64,000 nucleotides of DNA, taken from Euprymna scolopes (taxonomy: Eukaryota). Position numbers and translations under genes: made by a program. Each line of letters starts with the position of its first letter. Position 1 is the first letter of the stretch. Below, in pieces: positions 1 to 12,457 of this stretch. The stretch lies in NCBI GenBank assembly GCA_053919585.1, contig CM132798.1; one strand, written 5' to 3'. The notes under the pieces were generated by a model, which worked only from the letters and a program-made list of their open reading frames with translations, searched no databases and had not been told where the DNA came from.

Positions 1-111
1 TAACAATATTAAATAAATAAATAAAATAACTAAAAGGGGATTATTATATTATATATACAGGACGATTGGGATAAATTTGGTACTTTTTGGAAAATTAAAG
101 GAAAAAAACGT

Positions 112-549
112 TAATAATTAACGTATTTTCAAAATTTCAAATTTAATAATTGACGTATTTTCAAAATTTCAAATTTAATAAATGACATATTTTCAAAATT
201 TCAAATTTAATAAATGACATATTTTCAAAATTTCAAATTCAATAAATGACATATTTTCAAAATTTCAAATTCAATAAATGACATTTTCAAAATTTCAAAT
301 TCAATAATTGACATATTTTCAAAATTTCAAATTTAATAAATGACATATTTTAAAAATTTCAAATTTAATAAATGACATATTTTCAAAATTTCAAATTTAA
401 TAAATGACATATTTTCAAAATTTCAAATTCAATAAATGACATATTTTCAAAATTTCAAATTCAATAATTGACATATTTTCAAAATTTCAAATTTAATAAT
501 TGACATATTTTCAAAATTTCAAATTTAATAATTGACATATTTTCAAAAT
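112..549. repeat. Minisatellite, 32-bp unit (ttaataaatgacatattttcaaaatttcaaat), ~13.7 copies
   Basis: Direct periodicity of 32 nt (e.g. acgtattttc at 121 and 153); near-identical units with no spacers. Confidence 0.95.
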
Positions 550-901
550 AGCAAAATGTAGAGGAACTTTTCTCAAATACACCGTTCAAAATCTTTCCAT
601 GTAAAATGATGTTCTGTGTGAATAATCTTTGTTCACAGCTAGTTGTGTAGTGCCAAGAAATATATTTTCCTGATCCTTATCACAAAATTATATTGTTTAG
701 TTATAAAGAAAATGGTGGGTTGACTTCTCTCTTTGTAGTTAGCTTGAAATAGTGGAGTGATAACAAAAAACGAAATATGAAGGCAATCAGGTAAAAGTAT
801 TGCTAGGGCTAGTATTGTAACTAGTCTGGCTCTGCCATTGAATGACACATGTGCCGAGTCGTCATTTTTAGTCATGACGTGGTTATGATGTCACGGAATT
901 G

Positions 902-949
<48 letters not shown>

Positions 950-1064
950 AAGAAAGGGAGGAGAAGCAAAGAGAAATAAAAGGAAAAGACGTGTAGCAAT
1001 TTGGAAGTTATGCTCGCCAAGCATGAGAGTCTCTTCCTCTTACCTCTGCAAAAAACGAGCCTGT

Positions 1065-1195
1065 TTGGCAGCTGTGTCAGGTACAGTATATTGAGAACCA
1101 GTTGTGTCTGGTATCATGTATTGAGAGCCAGCAGTGTCTGTCTGGTGCCGTGTATTAAGAACCAGCTGTGTCTGATGCCATGTGTATGGAGAGCT
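1065..1195. repeat. Degenerate ~30-bp tandem repeat (gagaaccagttgtgtctggtatcatgtatt-like), ~4 copies
   Basis: Recurring ccag(t/c)tgtgtctg...tgtatt motif. Confidence 0.7.
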
Positions 1196-2262
1196 TGCCA
1201 ATGTGGCGGTCAGTTAGAAAGAACAACAACGTTATGATATGCTTAAAGACTACATTTAGGCAAAGGTAAAAACATCACAAGAAAAAAGTGCCATTATTAT
1301 TATTATTATTATTATAGATGTGCCTTGTCATTCTTTTTTTATTTTGAGGAATGTTCATATGCCTTGCCACAATGTGTATGCTATAACTAGTTTGCATGGT
1401 GGGACTACTATGATAATGCATTATAAAAATTTATTATGATAGTAGCCATCAGAGCTACTATGACACTTAAAATTTTTCGACACTAAAATTTTTTTCATAG
1501 AAATATTAAAGCTGAAATATATTTTTTCCTTCGCTTTTTCTAGATCCAAACCTTATTAATTCGAGCATTTTTTTTGCAATGAGAATGGCCCCCAAACCTA
1601 TCATAATAGTTGACCCAGATTGACATTACATCAGTGGAAACCTTGTGAAAATTACAACCAAGATGGGAATAGTAGTCCAAATAATGCAACTGTTGTGGTT
1701 AAGCTTTTGTTTAGAAATGTTATATTTATCAACACTTATTTAAATTTCATGTAATATTTACTTCTTTTTTTTTCTTATCTCTCTTATCATTTTGACTAAT
1801 TACCAACTCTGGAATGTGTTAAGCTTAACACTATTGGTATTTTAATATCCCAAGTACATTACAATCTGAGATTCGCTTTGGCCTTCTTAAAACTAATATA
1901 TAACATAAACTGAATGACCTTTTCGTGGGTGTCTTGGCTAGAATCTTAATAATAATAAAAAACTCTTTTGAACATGACTTTTAGTTATTTTAGATTTGGA
2001 GAGCATTAAATCAAAATATTTAATCACTTTTTTTTTGTAACAGCATTTTTGTTAATTGAATTTTAAATTGGAATTAATTTAAATAAACTACGACTAAAAA
2101 TATTCTATTAGTTTAATATGCCAATTTTTGTAGGTCAATGTATATAAAAAAAGCGACATACAATTTTTGAAGTCATCTAACATCAAATTTGATTAGATAT
2201 TTCTGTATTAAGTCTATTATATATACAAACTATTAAGTCTATATACAAAATAAACCAGCATT

Positions 2263-2390
2263 CCTATCCTGTCACGGTTAACCACCTGATGAAGGCCAGA
2301 GAAATAGTTGGTCGAAACGTTGTGAAACAACAACTATAAAAATGAGGATAATAGTCCGCAAATAAGTAAATAAATAAAATAAACCAACAT
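2263..2390 (+). ncRNA. Minimal hammerhead ribozyme motif in a short 5'-truncated retroelement tail
   Basis: cac-CTGATGA(2286)-aggcca..tggtc-GAAA-cgtt-gtg; downstream tail matches the reverse complement of 26330-26415. Confidence 0.7.
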
Positions 2391-2475
2391 CTATTCCAAG
2401 TAAATTTTGATAAGTAAAATTTGAATTGACTTATGTCGATATAATAAATTGGTAGTGTTGTAATGATTGTATAAC

Positions 2476-3146
2476 ATACAAAGCACATTCCAAAAGTAGT
2501 GCCTTTTATTTATTTATTTTTTTGGAATGGGTCGGAAGGGATTGCAAATTTCATTTTTATGATGACTGAACTTATGCATTTATAATCTCAAATTTTCATC
2601 TCTCCGTTGCAGATATTGACTGTATAAGACTCTAATAAAGCAATCCGTTATGAACATGCATCAGAAGCAAAGATGCGTCATTGAACTCCTGGCAAAAGTG
2701 TATTGAAAATGGTGGTGACTATGTAGAAAAATAAAGTTTTTTTTATTTTATTTTAACCGTACCACTTGTTTTCATAGCTCTTTAACTTTTTTAGTTTAAA
2801 AAAAAAAAACAGGAGAATGGTGGTAACTATGTAGAAAAATAAATTACGAAGCTCAAAAGGTTGCTTGTTTTAATGGTACCACTCTTGTCTTCACAGTTCT
2901 TTAACATTTTGAGTTAAAAAAAAAAAATAGGAGTTTTTACTTTTGGAACAATGCTTGTATGATAAAACATGCTCTGAACGCCCATGCACAGCCATCATTC
3001 ATTGTTGGCAAAAGTGCATTGAGAATGTTGGCAACTATGTAGAAAAATAAATCATGGAGCTCAAAACGTTGCTCATTTTGATAGTACCATTCTTGTATTC
3101 ATAGTTGAACTTTGAATTTAAAAATACTTTTGAAATGATCCTTGTA
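2476..3146 (+). mobile_element. Non-autonomous mariner-type element with repeated 3'-end fragments
   Basis: Ends ..ttccaaaagtag / ttacttttggaac..gta; three copies of tggtggtgactatgtagaaaaataa (transposase C-terminus GDYVEK*); 5' end also seen at 22683-22815. Confidence 0.6.
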
Positions 3147-3561
3147 TTATTTAATATCCACTTCTTTAATTGAACCATGCATCATTGGTACACTTTCTGG
3201 TGCTACTAAATAAGGTCGTCTGAAGATATTGATGCTATTGTTTGTTTGTTTTTCTTTCTCTTTGCAAAATTCAATCCTCTTCTGCAAAGCCAAAAACAAT
3301 AGCAATGAAACTAAACACCATGAATAAATATTTAAAGATATAAAGGACTTGAAGCATGAAACTGTTTCCTAAATTATTGGATTTGGCATCAAATAACCTA
3401 AGAAAGGGTTGATATGCAATAAAACAAAACATTAATACACTTAGTTTTAACAAATCCATCCCTGGCTCACGAGTCATATTTTTGACAAATAAAATCAGTT
3501 ATGAATTAGTTTCTGCAATATTTGAAGTCATATTAAAGCACACAATATCTAAAATATTGAT

Positions 3562-3790
3562 GATATGGCTATGATCATGTTTACACACCGGTTCCCATAA
3601 GATCACCAAAGTTAAGCAACATTGAGCCTGGCTCATATTAAATGAGTGACCATTTAAAAAGACCAGATTCTATATGTAAGAGAATCCTTTAAAATTAATC
3701 TACAAGTCAGTAGTTTCTAAAAATCTGTGGGATTTCGGCATAAAATGACTCTACAATGGTTGACATAGTGTGAAACACAGCAATAATAAA
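3562..3790 (+). mobile_element. 5S rRNA-derived head with a SINE-like tail (body differs from the 39744 family)
   Basis: acaccggttcccataagatcaccaaagttaagcaacattgagcctgg matches metazoan 5S rRNA (A-box region) but is degenerate. Confidence 0.7.
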
Positions 3791-4283
3791 ACTGCCAATA
3801 TGAAGACAGCAACCACGTCCGATTTTCATTGGCGAAAACAAAAAAAAAAAATAAATTCATAAATGCTGTACCTAATAACAATTCTTGTTGAAGTAGTGCA
3901 ACTACTGATTTTCTTAATTGATTTTTTTTACAAGGATGAATAACTTATTTATTATTCATTTTTAAGTCTGAAAAGTTTTGCCATGAATATTGACCTATTT
4001 TTTTTTTTCTTTCATCAGAAATTAACATCTGTAAATATTTTGTGTGAGAAATACAATTCGACTATTATTTACAACAATTATCAGCTTTGGATACAAACTG
4101 TCTGGAAATTGCCAATCCCAGGACAATATCATTTTAGTTTTTAAAGTAACCAAGTAAATGATTAAAGCTTCTTCTCTAAACAATTCCACACTCACTTCCT
4201 ACACTTGTGCGATTTCAAGATAAATAATTTCCTAGGCATTACTACTCACAGACAAAAAATAATTGAACCAAATGTTGTCCATA

Positions 4284-5202
4284 TGAGGTGCCTTTGATAA
4301 GTTTCCATTTTTTTATGCAAGCATTTAAAATTATCATAGACTCATGAAAATTCAGTACGTTATTGCTATACGTCTTATAAGATAACTGGGCACTTTTTAT
4401 GATTTCAGATTCAAATGAACAGCTACAGCAGGATTTGGAATACACCCTACTAAAGCCTGATTGTCACAGCTGGTGAATTTCAAAAATGCAATCTGGACGT
4501 GAGGACATTTTTAGAAGAATGATATGCAATAAATTTCTGTTTTAAACTTGAAAATAATGGAACATATGAAATGCTTCAGACTGCTTTTGGACCATCTTGC
4601 ATTAATCGAGCATCAGTTTTTGAGTGGCATAAGAGATTCAAGATAGGCAGGGAGTGTAAGGGATGATGAGAGGTATGGGAGGAGTAAGGAAGTCAGAACA
4701 ATATAGTTGATTGGCCAAATAAAGAATTTCATGAATAAAGACCGTTGTGTATCATAAGAGACAATAAGTGCACAGTTTGATGTCAGTGTGGGAACTGTAC
4801 ACAAAATTATTCATGAGGATCTGAAGATGCAGAAGATTTGCATGAAGTTTATCCCAAGGGTACTCAGAGAAGATCAGAAAGACAGACATTGTCATGGGCA
4901 TCAAGACAGGTTCCTCACCCTCCCTATAGTCCAGACCTTTCTCCCTGTGACTTGATTATTCCCTAAACTTAATGAAAACCTTAGAAGTTGTCGTTTAGAC
5001 AACTGAGGTGATAAAAGAGGCTGTGACAAGGGTCATTGACGCGCTCACACAAGAGAACTTTTGTGACACTTTTCGAAAGTTGTTGGAACAGTGCATTGCA
5101 GTCAGAAGAGATTACTTTAAAGGGGACTAAAGTTTCATGTATGTTTTATCAATAAAAGTGTCCATCGGAAAAAAAGTCTGGAAACTTATTTAAGGTACCT
5201 TG
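4284..5202 (+). mobile_element. Internally deleted mariner (DD34D-type) transposon
   Basis: Imperfect TIRs (gaggtgcctttgataagtttcca / tggaaacttatttaaggtaccttg) with TA flanks; decayed transposase HTH and HPPYSPDL-PCD motifs; homologous to 56595-57531. Confidence 0.85.
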
Positions 5203-6729
5203 TAAATTCATTTTATCTTCACTTTATGGACATGTAACACTACTGGATTCATCATATAAAAGAAATGTGTAGTGTAGGTGTGTATCTGGCAAAAGTAAAA
5301 AAACTACACAAGGTACATTTTGAAACCTTACATCATCAGATTCAGTGTGACCCTCGATGAGATTGTGATTAAAAATATATTATAATATTCATTCCCTTGG
5401 ACTCACCAGTGACTGAATTAATGCAAGGAGTAGGAGCAGAAAAATACGTTTTTATTTTTATTATTGGTAGTTGTTTCCGAAACAACACTCACATTAGGGC
5501 AGTTGCTGATGACTTTTTCTTTCTTAGCTATTTTTGTCTTTTTTCTGTTATATTGAACCAGTTGCTAGAGAGAGAAAGAGGAGGAGGAGGAGGAGGAGGC
5601 GCAGTTGAAGAAGTAGAAACTGAAAAGTTTTAAAGGAAAGCTGTTACCTTTTTTAAACTCCTTTATTTTATAAAAACAATTATTTTTTATGGATTCATTA
5701 TTTATCACTGCAACAATTCTGACTTATTTATTCTCTACCTGTTTTGCATAACATTGTCAGGTGCGATGTCAAGGACCATTTTAAAATGTCCAAAACGTCA
5801 TACTCCAAAAATACCTAAAATCAGTCAAAAACATTTATTGTTATGCTAAAAACTGAAAATAGAGTTTACATAACTGTTATGGGTTCCGAAAAGTTTTAAT
5901 TTTGATAAAAAGATAAAAGGTCTAATTAAAAGCTCATAAAATGATCAAAATTTGTTCAAATTTAAGAGTTTATTTAAGTTTGTATCATTGGGGGATTATT
6001 TAATGCCAAATCGTAATTTTTGCAAACGATTTTATGTTTCTAATTTTACATATCTTCAAATATTTGTTTTGTATAAAATGAGTTTACACACAAATAATTT
6101 GTAAACGATAGATTTTACTCCACGTATAGATATCTCAACTGTCTGCATCTACTAATAATATGCCATCCATTGTGAATTGGCTTGCCTCTACTAGCACCTC
6201 TTCCTGTCATTATTCAACAGAATGCCTTGAGTCTTCTTTCAGCCTATTAAGGCAGCACGACATCAGACGAAACTTCCCAGTGTTTTGTATCTCAGAATTT
6301 ATTTTTTTTTTAATAAAAAGAATTTACTTTTAATATATTTTTTATTCAGTTTGATTTCGGTTTGTATGTGTTTTTAAAAAGAAATCTGTATAAATTAAAG
6401 ATGATTAAGCAATTGAAAAGAGAGAAGTAAACAAAAAAAAAAAAAAAGAAAGAAAAAGAGTGTAAATTGCTTTTACTTCCTGTGTAAATTATTGGTTTGA
6501 TGTTGTCAAATGTTAGGTTTAAAGCTGAGTAGATGTGTGGGTTATTGACCCCTACTTTTCATGTTGAAATGACATACAGAACTTGTTGAAGTGGCATTTT
6601 CAAAACGCTCCCCACTCCCGGAATATTTTATATGGAAGAAGATATCATCTTTCCTGGTTTGTAATCAAATAGTTTTCTTTTTCTAAAACTTGGTGTACAA
6701 ATAAGGAAAACTTACTAGCGTCACATCAC

Positions 6730-6798
<69 letters not shown>

Positions 6799-6801
<3 letters not shown>

Positions 6802-6919
6802 TGGGGAAAATAAGTGTTGGACACATCCCATTATTCTTTATTTTACACATTTTTTATGCAGCGAATGACGCGAACATTTAACAAGAAATAGTTACTAATT
6901 TAACAATTACAAATCACTG
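6799..6919. mobile_element. Short Tc1-like terminal fragment or mini-element
   Basis: TA|CAGTGGGGAAAATAAG... ending CACTG|TA next to a (TA)n tract. Confidence 0.5.
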
Positions 6920-6942
6920 TATATATGCCTGATTTTGTAAGC

Positions 6943-7016
<74 letters not shown>

Positions 7017-7019
<3 letters not shown>

Positions 7020-8648
7020 TGATGATCATATTTATTGGCACGGTAAAATAAAAGTTAAATTTTGTCTAATAAATTCTAAAAAAGGGATTAAATTAAAGAA
7101 AATAACAAAGTATATTATGTATTTTTAACTGGCCTTTCTGATGCAGCAATCGGATTTTAGAAAAAATAAATAACAAAGGAACAACAAACATAATTGCAAA
7201 AACCCTTGTTCAAAATTATTGGCACGGCTTTGTTTTTCTTTTAGTATCAGTATAATATCAATCAATTTCCGGTTTACGTGCTTTCTGAACTTTTTTATAG
7301 CCATATTATGCTTGTTTAACGCTAATTCAGTGAATAATTTTTTTCAGATAATTTTTAGATAGTGATTTATTTACACTATTATAAGTGACTAAATTATAAT
7401 TTTCAATCGCCATGGTTAAAACTAAGGAACACAGCGAAGACGTCAGGAAGCTTGTTGTAGCATGCCATACCAATGGGGAGAGCTATGATAAGATTTCAAA
7501 GAAGCTAAACCTTCCCAAATCCACTGTTAGAGCCATAATAAACAAGTTCAAATCGCAAGGCCACGTTATGAGTTTAGAGGGTAGAGGGAGAAAAAGGATT
7601 CTTTCCCCAAGAGATGAACGGAAAATTGTTCGACAAGTAAAACAAAACCCAAGGATCTCTGTTGGGGAGATTGTTGATGAACAGAGCACCTCTGGAGTGA
7701 ATGTATCTCGACATACAGTTGGTAGAGTTTTGAAGAGAGCTGGTTTAAAAGCATGTCGTCCGAGAAAGACTCCCTTATTGAAGCCTATGCACCTGAAAGC
7801 AAGGCTAGCCTTTGCAAAACGTCATATTGATAAAGATGTTGCATTCTGGAAACGTGTTCTATGGACTGACGAAACGAAAATAGAGTTATTTGGCCATAAT
7901 AAAGTGTCTTATATTTACAGAAAATCTGGCGAAGCTTTCCTGCCTAAGAACACCATACCCACAGTGAAGCACGGTGGAGGCAGTTTGATATTTTGGGGAT
8001 CCTTTGCTGCCTCTGGACCAGGGCGACTTGTTAAGGTCACAGGTAGCATAAAAAAGGAAGATTATGTTAAAATATTGGATGAAAACCTGAAAGACTCTGC
8101 TAAAGAGCTCTCACTTGGTTGTCGTTGGTGGTTCATGCAAGATAATGACCCAAAGCATTCGGCTAAACTGACTAAGAAATGGCTTGAGGACAATCATATT
8201 AATGTTTTGGAGTGGCCATCACAAAGCCCAGACCTTAATCCAATTGAAAATTTATGGAGAACATTAAAATTGAGGGTAATGCAAAGGAAGCCTAAGAATC
8301 TTATTCAATTGGAGGATTATTGTCAGGAAGAGTGGGCTAAAATTACTACTGAAGAGTGCAACAACTTGGTTGTAAACTATGAAAAGCGACTGAGGAAGGT
8401 AATCAAGGCCAAAGGCTATACAATTGATTATTAAATAAATCGTGCCAATAATTTTGAACAAGGGTTTTTTGCAATTATGTTTGTTGTTCCTTTGTTATTT
8501 ATTTTTTCTAAAATCCGATTGCTGCATCGGAAAGGCCAGTTAAAAATACATAATATACTTTGTTATTTTCTTTAATTTAATCCCTTTTTTAGAATTTATT
8601 AGACAAAATTTAACTTTTCTTTTAGCGTGCCAATAAATATGATCATCA

Positions 8649-8651
<3 letters not shown>
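7017..8651 (+). mobile_element. Full-length Tc1-family DNA transposon with IR/DR-type long TIRs
   Basis: TIRs 7017-7226 and 8441-8651 (~210 bp; about 3 substitutions and 1 indel); CAGTG..CACTG termini; TA flanks in (TA)n; ttattggcacg at both ends of each TIR; intact transposase. Confidence 0.97.
7412..8434 (+). CDS. Tc1-like transposase, DD34E, 340 aa, intact
   Basis: Paired-like HTH N-terminus, GRKR linker, WTDETK / QDNDPKH / SPDLNPIE with 34 residues between D2 and E; AATAAA at 8434-8439. Confidence 0.97.
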   Translation: MVKTKEHSEDVRKLVVACHTNGESYDKISKKLNLPKSTVRAIINKFKSQGHVMSLEGRGRKRILSPRDERKIVRQVKQNPRISVGEIVDEQSTSGVNVSRHTVGRVLKRAGLKACRPRKTPLLKPMHLKARLAFAKRHIDKDVAFWKRVLWTDETKIELFGHNKVSYIYRKSGEAFLPKNTIPTVKHGGGSLIFWGSFAASGPGRLVKVTGSIKKEDYVKILDENLKDSAKELSLGCRWWFMQDNDPKHSAKLTKKWLEDNHINVLEWPSQSPDLNPIENLWRTLKLRVMQRKPKNLIQLEDYCQEEWAKITTEECNNLVVNYEKRLRKVIKAKGYTIDY

Positions 8652-8686
<35 letters not shown>

Positions 8687-8687
<1 letters not shown>

Positions 8688-8908
8688 CAATTCCCAATCA
8701 CACCTCTCCTGAATCGGCATTGCTTAGGTCCAGTGGCAAAGAGAGGCCTAAGATGGACTGGAAACAATGCTGAGATAAATGGAGAGCACATGCAGTACGT
8801 GGAATTCCCAAATAATCACCCATGTTATTATATGCCGCACAATCACATTGATCACTGGTTCCCGCCAGATCCCCTAAGTTAAGCAACGTTAAGTCTAGTC
8901 AGTACTAG
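8687..8908 (-). mobile_element. 5S-derived SINE copy with inverted 5' head
   Basis: 8687-8823 is the reverse complement of the 5S 3' part plus SINE body (as at ~39823-39960); 8829-8908 is the 5S 5' part on the + strand. Confidence 0.8.
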
Positions 8909-9529
8909 TATATATCTGGCATGACCAGATCAAAATATATTGTCGAGTGGAAGGTTAAGTCACATTCTATTTAAGATACATTGAATATCCTAACTTGTTA
9001 CGATTTTCTTGAAAGTGGATCACATGTTTTATTTATGGAAGCATAAAACACATTCATCTTCATCTACGAAAACCAAGCAGGAAATAACTCTCATAGCTTA
9101 AATAAATAAACGATGCTTCCGTTTTTAAACACAACTGATGTTGGCTAATAATAATTAAAAATGAATATAAATTAAATTAAAAATAAATTAAATAAATCAA
9201 CTTTAAATAATATCCATAAACAGAACAATTAAAACAATTCTATTACTAAAGATTATTAATGACATGGAGCTAATTGTTAAAATAAATTTTCTTTAATGTA
9301 ATATGCAAATGAAGTAACTTCTTTAATGTAGATTTCCTTTGAAAAAATAGTATATATAGAAATCACCCTGGAATAAAAATGTATATAAATCCATTACAGT
9401 ATGAAAATTAATTTGTGAAACGGAATATTTTTTGTACATATTAATTAAATTGGGAACAAATAAACGGACAAGAATACGACTTCAATTATAATAGATGTAT
9501 ATAAACTATATTTTTCAAATAAATATTAA

Positions 9530-10015
9530 CAATTATTTTTTTACCTACAGACACTAGTGTTTCATGTTTATGCAATCGTCAGTGTAGGAAGTGATAATTA
9601 CTGCTAGTGGTGAGATTCAAAACCAGTCATAACGCCATCCTTGGTTTCCTTCAAGCCACTGGCAATTAACACATAAATGGAAGGAAATTAAGTACCTATA
9701 AATACCATATCGGTGGGCACTCACAATAACCAGTTAGAAAGTATTCACTGATAATATTGCATTAAAACTAAAGTTGACTATTTTTTTCTCAATGTCATAA
9801 TTTAATTTCGTAAAGGGGTTTTATAGCTATAATATTTTTCATATTATTTTCTACTTGTGGTTCATGCTTATGCAATGATCAGAGTAGAAAGTGATAATTA
9901 CTGCTGGTCGGGAGATTTGAGCCGCAAAGCTAACATTGGCTTCATAAGCTAGTATCTTTCCCTCAGGCAGACGACAATTAACACAAGGATTGAACAGAAT
10001 TAAGTATTTAGAAAT
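9530..10015 (-). mobile_element. Two tandem copies of a short element with A/B-box-like head and hammerhead tail
   Basis: 9540-9720 and 9850-10015 are homologous; second hammerhead (9850-9890) is degenerate. Confidence 0.65.
9544..9588 (-). ncRNA. Type I hammerhead ribozyme motif
   Basis: Minus strand cctaca-CTGACGA-ttgcataaacat-GAAA-cactagtg-TC-tgtagg; perfect stem I, palindromic stem III, GUC site. Confidence 0.85.
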
Positions 10016-10369
10016 GACATGTCTAATTTTTTTTTTTTTAAATGAATAAAATCATTTAATATAAAACTAAGACTTTTGACAAGTAAAATGTCATTTTCAA
10101 AGCAAAACTTTTCAGTTTTTGTGTGTTAATTCAACTGGTATTAGCTCATGAGGCTAGCACAATATATGTCTGCCTAAGTTTTAAAGTAAATTTTGGGGTC
10201 AATGTGTGTTTAGTTGGCTCTTTTTTTTTAATTGAAGGAGTTGTTACATCTTAGAAAAGCAATATTTAAAAAGAAATTTACAAACCAAATAATGTCATTT
10301 TTTTTAATGAATAAAATTATATAATGCCTGAAATGATGAAATTGCTCAATTACATATACATTACATAAA

Positions 10370-10422
<53 letters not shown>

Positions 10423-11059
10423 AAGAATACTATACATTAGTTTTATCTTCCATCATTACCTTTTTGGTTTAAATATCAAAAAATAAGAATAAATAATGCA
10501 GTACTTAGTCAGGGTCAGAGTTTATAATACGATGATGAAGTTTATTATTTTTTTATTGGTATGTATCCGTGTTTCGACTGTTTTTCTTACATTTTCTTAA
10601 CCAAAGCCTTTTTTTTTGCACGTGCTGCATATTTTCAAATCATTAACTTGAAAAAACATCTCGGTTAGTGTCTTTTTTTCTTACATCTTGCTGTTTTTTC
10701 TCATTAAATTTAAAATCTTAACAGCTCCTGAAAACGTTCCTTGATCCAAACGAAATCAGTCGTTTTTTTAATTTCTTCCTGTGTGTAATTATTTTCTTTT
10801 CTGCCTTTCATAAAATCTGTCTCCACGACTTTTCATTTTATGACATATTGTATTTTATCCTCGTGTATCGCATATATATTAAATGGAAAGTCTAATCTTT
10901 ATATGCTTATTCAATTATATTTCACCCTTTATTTATACCAATCCTTTTATTCATGAAGCTCGATGTATGTTGAATATAACTACAGAGCATATACAAATAA
11001 ATGACAAAAAAAGTCCAAATTCCAACATCTTGGAATTTTGAATGTAGACTTTTTGTTTT

Positions 11060-11850
11060 ATAATTATTTTTTAATACCTACAGACACTAGTGCTTCATCC
11101 TTTCGGGGGTACTCATCAATGGAGAGTGTCACGATCACCGCCAGTCAAGAAATTTAAACAAAGCCATCTCTGACTCCATTAGCAAAGAACAAACCCAAAC
11201 GGCCAACGTTAACCACGATAAATACAGTTGAAATTTAAACATTTTTTTTTAATGTCAAGACAGTGATAGTGATCTAATGATTATGACATCATGATCTGCG
11301 CGTGTAAGCTTAAGTCACCGACTTTTAACTTCAACTTAGAATGCTCAACAATAAGAACAGAGTTCTTAAAGGGACTGACATAATTAATTATTACTGTTAT
11401 ACCGGCTTTCCTTGAACAGAGGAATTTACACCGATTAGCACTATAAATAGCATTAGTAATTCCAACACCAGTGAGAGAGATGCGACTGCACTTCAATTGC
11501 TAGCCGAGTGCCCAGCAGATATACACGCTTTCCTATCTTTGTACATTATTGTTAATACACTTGTTCCTTAACCGAACTTCGACTTGATTGTTCTTATTTT
11601 CACTGTTGTTCCATGACACAACAATTACTATAATTATTTTTTAATACCTACGGACACTAGTGTTTCATCCTTTCGGGAATCATCAGTGCAGGGTGTCACA
11701 ATTACCGCCGGTTGGGAGATTCGAAGCCGATAACGATGCCATCTTCGACTCCATTAGCAAGGAATAAACCCAAACGGTCAACGTTAACCACGAGAAATAT
11801 GGTTGAAATTTAAACATTTATTTTTAAATTTCAAGACGGTCGGTTTTAAT
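11060..11850 (-). mobile_element. Two further copies (11060-11260, 11630-11850) of the hammerhead-tailed family
   Basis: Shared ttaatacctac-gacactagtg..tcatca..gccatct..gactccattagcaa..caacgttaaccacg. Confidence 0.75.
11647..11692 (-). ncRNA. Type I hammerhead ribozyme motif
   Basis: Minus strand cctgca-CTGATGA-t[tcc cgaaa gga]t-GAAA-cactagtg-TC-cgtagg. Confidence 0.8.
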
Positions 11851-11864
11851 TTGTGTGTGTGTGT

Positions 11865-11937
<73 letters not shown>

Positions 11938-12457
11938 TTGAGACACAAACGTTATTTTATAGTATACTTGCTACAAGTGTATATTTTTGTACTACTGCAT
12001 AAACTCTGTTCAGGCATTGAGCACTGTTGAAGTAACTATCAAAGCAAAAAATATATTCACGAATGCTGAAAAATGTTAGTATTACAAAAATACTGGTGTG
12101 TAACTTTTAATGAAAAGAAAAAAGACCAACCTGTATCCAATCTTCCAATCTAATTTAAGTTGACAAGATTCCTTTATGAGTTTTTTTCTTGCTGTGGCAG
12201 CAGCAGCAGCCTTACATTGTTTTAATAATACACACCTGATTATGACCTGAGTATACAAAATGACTTGTTTATATTTCAGACCCCCCCCCCTTCTCTCTCA
12301 CTTATATATAAATTAGCAGTACCTGTTCTGTATTGCTCAATAGTCTTTTATTTCATTTTTTTTTTTTTTTACCAGTCTATCTTTTTACCATGTCACGTTT
12401 TAATAGTAATTTGATGGTTCACTTTAATTATTACAGTATCGTTTATTCTTTTACTTA

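Noticed and set aside
112-549. CRISPR-like regular repeat array (also 55830-56165)
   Set aside because: Units are contiguous with no unique spacers, there are no cas genes, and the context is eukaryotic: minisatellites.
3562-3680. Functional 5S rRNA genes (also 39744, 52831)
   Set aside because: Many substitutions and indels, no oligo-T terminator after the 5S part, and fusion to SINE-like bodies.
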